From positions 12,511 through 76,510 of the forward strand of contig CALCNZ010000107.1 of assembly GCA_937897625.1 (NCBI GenBank): 64,000 nucleotides of DNA, in the 5' to 3' direction. The position numbers and the translations under genes were made by a program. Below, in pieces: positions 58,675-64,000 of this stretch (the first letter of the stretch is position 1; each line of letters starts with the position of its first letter). Origin of the DNA: an uncultured Flavobacteriales bacterium. Its GTDB lineage: Bacteria > Bacteroidota > Bacteroidia > Flavobacteriales_D > Sanyastnellaceae. The notes below the pieces were generated by a model. The model had not been told where the DNA came from. It searched no databases and was given only the letters and a program-made list of their open reading frames with translations.

Positions 58675-59652
58675 GTGGTAAAGATTGGTGATATTGAACT
58701 TCCTGAATTTCCGTTGCTCCTTGCTCCCATGGAAGATGTGAGCGATCCACCGTTCCGTATGGTTTGCAAGGAACAAGGTGTCGATTTAATGTATACCGAA
58801 TTCATAAGCAGCGAAGGGCTTATTCGCGATGCCGCGAAAAGTAAAATGAAACTCGATATCTTCGAATACGAGCGTCCTATAGGTATTCAAATTTTCGGAA
58901 GTGAAATTGAATCCATGGTAAAAAGCGCCGAGATTATTGAGTCGGTAAACCCCAACCTGTTAGACATCAATTACGGTTGTCCCGTTTCCAAGGTAACCTG
59001 CAAAGGCGCCGGGGCGGGCATCCTTCAGAACATTCCAAAAATGGTTGCTATGACCGAAGCGGTTGTGAAAGCAACAAAACTTCCAGTTACGGTAAAGACT
59101 CGTTTAGGGTGGGATGATGGTTCAAAAAACATCGAAGAAGTTGCTGAACGTCTTCAAGACATAGGCATTCAAGCGTTAACTGTTCACGGAAGAACGCGTG
59201 TTCAAATGTACAAGGGCGAAGCCAACTGGGAACTTATTGCGAAAGTGAAAGAAAACCCGCGCATTCATATTCCGATTTTTGGAAACGGCGACATCGACTC
59301 TCCCGAAAAAGCATGGGAGTACAAAAACAAATACGGTGTAGACGGAATCATGGTGGGCCGCGCCAGCATTGGCTATCCGTGGATCTTCCGAGAAATCAAA
59401 CACTACTTCAAAACGCAAGAGTTACTTCCACCACCTACCATTGAAGAACGAATTGCTGCGTGCAAAAGTCACTTTGAATTTTCACTTCGCTGGAAAGGAG
59501 AAAAATTAGGTATTCTTGAAATGAGAAGACACTACACCAATTACTTCAAAGGAATTCCCAATTTTAAACCGTTTCGAATGGACTTGGTTACTTCCATGGA
59601 CATCGATTTCATTCGTAAAAAGTTAGATGATATTGCTCATCTTGAAGTCTAA
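58675..59652 (+). CDS. dusB: tRNA-dihydrouridine synthase (DusB-like; GTG start)
   Basis: LAPMEDVSDPPFR, DINYGCP and TVHGRT motifs. Confidence 0.9.
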   Translation: MVKIGDIELPEFPLLLAPMEDVSDPPFRMVCKEQGVDLMYTEFISSEGLIRDAAKSKMKLDIFEYERPIGIQIFGSEIESMVKSAEIIESVNPNLLDINYGCPVSKVTCKGAGAGILQNIPKMVAMTEAVVKATKLPVTVKTRLGWDDGSKNIEEVAERLQDIGIQALTVHGRTRVQMYKGEANWELIAKVKENPRIHIPIFGNGDIDSPEKAWEYKNKYGVDGIMVGRASIGYPWIFREIKHYFKTQELLPPPTIEERIAACKSHFEFSLRWKGEKLGILEMRRHYTNYFKGIPNFKPFRMDLVTSMDIDFIRKKLDDIAHLEV

Positions 59653-59700
59653 CTTCTTCCCTTAACTTCGCGACATCTAGAATAATCTATACTTGTTCAG

Positions 59701-60723
59701 ATGAAAAAATTATACAACACAGAAGATAAGCGCATCCTGCGCGAACGCATGCTCGCCGATTCCACTCCGCGAACAACAGTTTCATTTTACAAATACCATC
59801 AAATCGAGAACCCACAAGAGTTTAGAGACAGTCTGTTTCTGAATTGGAGCGAACTCGGTGTATTGGGTAGAACCTATATCGCTTCTGAAGGTATCAACGC
59901 TCAAATCTCTGTTCCCACAGAAAATTTCGAACAGTTTGTCAAAGACCTTTATTCCATTGATTTTCTAAATGGTGTTCGCCTGAATACGGCTGTCGACGAG
60001 GGAAAATCGTTTTATGCCTTGAAAGTAAAACTTCGCAATAAAATTGTTGCAGACGGTATTGAAGACCCAAACTTCGATCCTTCCAACACCGGTAAATACC
60101 TAAACGCGGAAGAATGGAACCAACAGCTTTCCGATCCGAATACTGTCGTTGTTGACATGCGCAATCACTACGAAAGTGAAGTGGGTCATTTCGAAGGAGC
60201 AATTTGCCCCGATGTTGACACCTTCCGCGAAGAGTTGCAAGTTGTTGAAGACATTCTTCAAAACGATAAAGACAAAAAAGTTTTAATGTATTGCACCGGT
60301 GGTATTCGTTGTGAAAAAGCTTCGGCTTACATGAAGCACAAAGGATTTGAAAATGTTTATCACCTGGAAGGGGGAATCATTAAATACGCTCGCGATGCGA
60401 AAGCAAACGACCTTGACATCAAGTTCAAAGGCGTGAATTTCGTATTCGATGAACGACTTGCAGAGCGCATTTCAGATGAGGTCATTGCAACGTGTCACCA
60501 ATGTGGCGAACCGTTCGATCACCACACCAATTGCATGAACTTAGGTTGTCACATCTTATTCATTCAATGCGACAAATGCAAAGCAAAATACGAAAACTGC
60601 TGCTCTGAAGAGTGTCAAAGCATCACTCATTTAAGCGAAGAAGAGCAAAAAGAACTGCGTAAGAAAACGCCTGTAGTCCGCAATGTATATAAGAAAGGGC
60701 GCATGCCGAAACTGACGAAATAA
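59701..60723 (+). CDS. trhO: rhodanese-related tRNA uridine(34) hydroxylase (UPF0176/TrhO family)
   Basis: Rhodanese active-site loop [10 protein letters not shown] and a C-terminal Cys-rich region (CHQCGE...CMNLGCH...CDKC). Confidence 0.85.
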   Translation: MKKLYNTEDKRILRERMLADSTPRTTVSFYKYHQIENPQEFRDSLFLNWSELGVLGRTYIASEGINAQISVPTENFEQFVKDLYSIDFLNGVRLNTAVDEGKSFYALKVKLRNKIVADGIEDPNFDPSNTGKYLNAEEWNQQLSDPNTVVVDMRNHYESEVGHFEGAICPDVDTFREELQVVEDILQNDKDKKVLMYCTGGIRCEKASAYMKHKGFENVYHLEGGIIKYARDAKANDLDIKFKGVNFVFDERLAERISDEVIATCHQCGEPFDHHTNCMNLGCHILFIQCDKCKAKYENCCSEECQSITHLSEEEQKELRKKTPVVRNVYKKGRMPKLTK

Positions 60724-60792
60724 TCATTTCTTGCACACGTGCTCAAAAATGTTATATTCGCGTAACGTAAAAAACCCTTAAGCGTTAATACT

Positions 60793-61014
60793 ATGTACTG
60801 GACTTTAGAATTGGCCTCATATCTCGAAGACGCACCTTGGCCTGCAACAAAAGAAGAATTAATCGATTACGCAATGCGTGCTGGTGCACCGTTGGAAGTC
60901 GTTGAAAACCTTCAACAATTAGAAGACGAAGAAGAGGTGTTTGAAAGCATCGAAGACATTTGGCCAGACTACCCAACCAAAGAAGATTTCTTCTTCAACG
61001 AAGACGAATATTAA
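60793..61014 (+). CDS. DUF2795 domain protein
   Basis: WPATKEELIDYAMRAGAPLEVVENLQQL fits the DUF2795 pattern. Confidence 0.65.
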   Translation: MYWTLELASYLEDAPWPATKEELIDYAMRAGAPLEVVENLQQLEDEEEVFESIEDIWPDYPTKEDFFFNEDEY

Positions 61015-61037
61015 TTTCTTTTTCGTAGCCGCATTCC

Positions 61038-61475
61038 ATGCCAACAGCTGAGGAACAAAAGCAACTGAGGTACGACCTCGCGTACTTGCGCATGGCCAAA
61101 GAATGGGCTAAACTTTCGCATTGTAACCGAAAACAAGTAGGAGCACTTCTGGTAAAAAATGGTGTTATTATTTCAGACGGTTATAACGGAACGCCTAGCG
61201 GATTTCCCAACACATGCGAAAACGAATCCGGAGAAACTCATTGGTACGTCTTACACGCAGAAGCCAACGCCATTTTGAAGGTAGCGAAATCTACCAACAA
61301 CGCTCAAGGTTCAACTTTGTACATAACCCTCAGCCCTTGTAAAGATTGCTGTAAACTCATTCTGCAATCAGGTATCATTCGAATGGTGTACCTAGACGCC
61401 TACAAAGACACAACCGCAATAGACTTCCTGAAAAACTCAGGTATTGAAGTTGTTCAACGAGAACTTCCAGAATAA
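61038..61475 (+). CDS. deoxycytidylate (dCMP) deaminase, ComEB-like
   Basis: Zinc motifs HAEANAI and SPCKDCCKLI. Confidence 0.9.
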   Translation: MPTAEEQKQLRYDLAYLRMAKEWAKLSHCNRKQVGALLVKNGVIISDGYNGTPSGFPNTCENESGETHWYVLHAEANAILKVAKSTNNAQGSTLYITLSPCKDCCKLILQSGIIRMVYLDAYKDTTAIDFLKNSGIEVVQRELPE

Positions 61476-61502
61476 CGCTATCTTTTCAACTTCGAAACAA
61501 CC

Positions 61503-63137
61503 ATGTCTGAAGAAATACAAAACGAAAAATCTGGCAAGTCTCCGCTGCAGCCCTTGTATTATGCTTTTGTTTTAATCGCAGGAATTCTAATTGGAACCCT
61601 CCTTGCCGATAAAAACCTGCTCACCATTAAGACAGGGAAAGAAGACAATCCGAATAAACTCGTTAGTCTTATTGATTTTATTGAAGACAACTACGTAGAT
61701 AGCGTAGACAAAAAGAAAATCATCGACGATGCCATTGCATCTATTCTTAAAAATCTAGACCCACACAGTTATTATTTAAACCCGGAAGAATACGCCAAAG
61801 CGAAAGAAGAAATGTCCGGCTCTTATGAAGGGGTTGGCGTTGAATTCTTAATCCTTCGCGACTCACTTATGGTGAACCGTGTTGTTCCATTCGGACCGAG
61901 CTTCCGTGCTGGCATTCAGTCCGGCGACAGAATTGTTCAAGTAGATGGAAAAGATATTTCTGGAAAATCACTGAACAACGAAGGAGTCATGAAAATGTTG
62001 AAGGGTGACGCTGGAAGTACTGTGAACATTAGCGTTCTTCGTAAAAAACAATACTTTAATTTCAATGTTGAAAGAGGCTCACTCCCTCTTCCTAGTGTAC
62101 CTTCTTTCTACAAAATAGAAGACGACCTTGGGTACATTAAAATCGATCGATTCGCAAAAACCACCTATGACGAATTTCTTACTGCAGGAAACGCACTTAG
62201 AAACCAAGGGTGCACAAAATTCATTTTAGACCTGCGCGGCAACGGAGGTGGACTACTCGATCAAGCCACGAACATCGCCGAAGAATTCCTCGAAAAAGAT
62301 CGCCTCATGGTGTACACCTCAGGAACACACGCCGGAAGAAACGATTACAACACCCAAAAACGTGGTGCCTTCGCAGATCTTCAAGTAACTGTACTCATTG
62401 ACGAATACAGCGCCTCTGCTAGCGAAATTGTTGCAGGCGCCTTGCAAGATTGGGACCGCGCTATTATTGTTGGTAGACGCTCATTCGGAAAAGGTCTGGT
62501 TCAAAGTGAAATTGAACTTCCAGATAAAAGCGCACTTCGTTTAACTACCGCACGCTATTATACCCCAACGGGAAGGTGCATTCAAAAACCTTACGGAGAT
62601 TCTTCGAAATACTTCAACGAAACACATCAGCGCTGGTCAAGCGGCGAGTTATTCAATCAAGATAAAATAACTCATGTAGATTCATTGAAATTCTATACTC
62701 CTTCAGGAAGGGTAGTATACGGTGGTGGTGGCATTACGCCAGATGTCTTCATTCCATTCGATTCTACTTCAACGTCGTTCGCATTAATTGATATTATCAA
62801 CTTCGGAATATTGAGACACCTATGCTTCGATTTTGTGGATCAAAACAGAGCCGCTCTTTCCAATTGGAAATCTTTCGATCAATATCAAAAGAGTTATAAA
62901 ACGGAAGACGCGCTCTTAGAAAAAACTCTGCTCTCCGCAAAAGAAAATAACATCCTTTATACAAAGGCAGAAGTAGCAAAACTGAAGTCGCAATGCGCTC
63001 TTCGATTCAAAGCTCAAATTGCTCGAGCTCTATTCGATGAAAACGCTATGATTCGCATCATGAACGCTGAAGACCCGGAGTTAATAAAGGCTGTAGAGGT
63101 TTCGAAAAACTACAATACTTTTTTCTATCACCCCTAA
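61503..63137 (+). CDS. S41 family carboxy-terminal processing peptidase
   Basis: N-terminal transmembrane segment, a PDZ domain (GVEFLI...GIQSGDRIVQVDG), and a catalytic region (DLRGNGGGLL, SASASEIVAGALQD, GKGLVQ). Confidence 0.9.
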   Translation: MSEEIQNEKSGKSPLQPLYYAFVLIAGILIGTLLADKNLLTIKTGKEDNPNKLVSLIDFIEDNYVDSVDKKKIIDDAIASILKNLDPHSYYLNPEEYAKAKEEMSGSYEGVGVEFLILRDSLMVNRVVPFGPSFRAGIQSGDRIVQVDGKDISGKSLNNEGVMKMLKGDAGSTVNISVLRKKQYFNFNVERGSLPLPSVPSFYKIEDDLGYIKIDRFAKTTYDEFLTAGNALRNQGCTKFILDLRGNGGGLLDQATNIAEEFLEKDRLMVYTSGTHAGRNDYNTQKRGAFADLQVTVLIDEYSASASEIVAGALQDWDRAIIVGRRSFGKGLVQSEIELPDKSALRLTTARYYTPTGRCIQKPYGDSSKYFNETHQRWSSGELFNQDKITHVDSLKFYTPSGRVVYGGGGITPDVFIPFDSTSTSFALIDIINFGILRHLCFDFVDQNRAALSNWKSFDQYQKSYKTEDALLEKTLLSAKENNILYTKAEVAKLKSQCALRFKAQIARALFDENAMIRIMNAEDPELIKAVEVSKNYNTFFYHP

Positions 63138-63541
63138 TGGATACGCTTTCCAAACAGGAACGGCTCTATAAAAAGAAATCCATTGAGTCGCTTTATGCTC
63201 ATGGAAAAAGCATTAAAACACCAGCAATCATTTGCTTGTACCACCCCTCCGAAGAGGTTTCGGAATTTCCAATACAAGCGCTTTTCACTGCGCCTAAACG
63301 TCGTTTCGCAAGAGCGCACGATAGAAACAGAATCAAGCGTTTAATCAAAGAGGTCTACAGAAAAGAAAAACAAATTCTTTATGACCACCTCAACAACAAG
63401 GGTGAAAAATTGTCGTTAGCCTTTATCTTTACAGGTACCCGCATTCCCGATTACGACTATGTGGAACAAAAAGTTAAATACCTTATTCGACAACTTATTT
63501 CTGTTACGAACCAAGAGCATTCAAACCATGAAAATACTTAA
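63137..63541 (+). CDS. rnpA: ribonuclease P protein component
   Basis: FTAPKRRFARAHDRNRIKRLIKEVYR is the RNR motif region. It is ~130 aa and basic. Confidence 0.8.
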   Translation: MDTLSKQERLYKKKSIESLYAHGKSIKTPAIICLYHPSEEVSEFPIQALFTAPKRRFARAHDRNRIKRLIKEVYRKEKQILYDHLNNKGEKLSLAFIFTGTRIPDYDYVEQKVKYLIRQLISVTNQEHSNHENT

Positions 63542-64000
63542 GCAATCTCTTCTTTTCTTTCTGCTCTCTTTTTCTTCTTTACTCTCTTTTGCTCAACCAG
63601 CAACTTCAACAAATTATTTCGAAGTCGTAAAAAATCTTGAAATTTTTACAGATGTTTTTCGTCAACTCGATTTATTGTATGTGGAAGAGTCTACTCCTGG
63701 AAACCTTGTCAACACCGCTCTATCTGGCATGTTAGCTTCCTTGGACCCGTACACCGTTTACTACCCCGAATCTAAAATCGAAGATGCCATGTACCTTCAA
63801 ACGGGCATGTATGGTGGGGTGGGCGCTCGGGTAGATTTAGTAAGTGGAAAAAACACGGTGCTCGAGGTATTCGAGTCGTTTCCCGCATATAAATCCGGTC
63901 TACGTGCTGGAGATATCATTACCCACATAAACGGAAAATCCATCGATGGAATTGATCTCGATAACCTCGAAGACGGGCTTACAGGAACCCCAGGAAGCGT
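63528..64000 (+). CDS. second S41 family peptidase (N-terminal fragment; runs off the right edge)
   Basis: Manual translation from the ATG at 63528 gives MKILKQSLLFFLLSFSSLLSFAQ... (signal peptide). It continues with LASLDPYTVYY, GGVGARV and a PDZ-like GLRAGDIITHINGKSIDG. Confidence 0.8.
   Translation, partial: MKILKQSLLFFLLSFSSLLSFAQPATSTNYFEVVKNLEIFTDVFRQLDLLYVEESTPGNLVNTALSGMLASLDPYTVYYPESKIEDAMYLQTGMYGGVGARVDLVSGKNTVLEVFESFPAYKSGLRAGDIITHINGKSIDGIDLDNLEDGLTGTPGS

Noticed and set aside
1-64000. A search for CRISPR arrays, tRNA/rRNA genes, transposases, integrases, phage or defence genes, and toxin-antitoxin pairs.
   Set aside because: No array-like periodic repeats were found, and no intergenic gap exceeds ~195 bp. 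Every ORF over 100 aa that is not a shadow ORF has a plausible core or envelope function. DUF1653 and DUF2795 are small singletons without partner genes. tRNA absence was judged by eye only and should be confirmed with tRNAscan-SE.

Overview
This 64 kb window looks like a core chromosomal segment of a Bacteroidota (Flavobacteriia-like) genome. That assignment is inferred from T9SS type A and type B C-terminal sorting domains, PorP/SprF, a PorV/PorQ-like protein, GldH, and the exbB-exbD-exbD-tonB layout. Coding density is very high: about 58 protein genes, with many 1-nt or 4-nt start/stop overlaps. Most genes are housekeeping: thyA-folA, mreBCD-mrdA-rodA, sod, lptB, rnhB, gatA, gatC, trpS, leuS, mutS, clpX, priA, clpP, dnaG, pyrH-frr, dusB, trhO and rnpA. 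By eye I recognised no rRNA, tRNA, CRISPR array, transposase, integrase, phage gene or defence-type cassette. All intergenic gaps are under 200 bp. I therefore do not see a convincing new multi-gene system and the window is mostly ordinary. The items most worth a second look are: (1) a secreted, T9SS-sorted protein combining a CxxCH motif with a PHM/DBH-type copper monooxygenase ligand pattern. (2) A DnaG whose four zinc-ribbon ligands are all substituted. (3) A secreted amidohydrolase pair in which only one of three modules keeps the HxH metal motif. (4) A persulfide-dioxygenase-like MBL-rhodanese/TauE module. (5) A soluble hybrid histidine kinase with a REC-PP2C partner. (6) Short repeats sitting at gene ends. 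One small gene, tatA (58 aa), is missing from the ORF track and was found by manual reverse-strand translation. CDS coordinates include the stop codon, following the ORF track.
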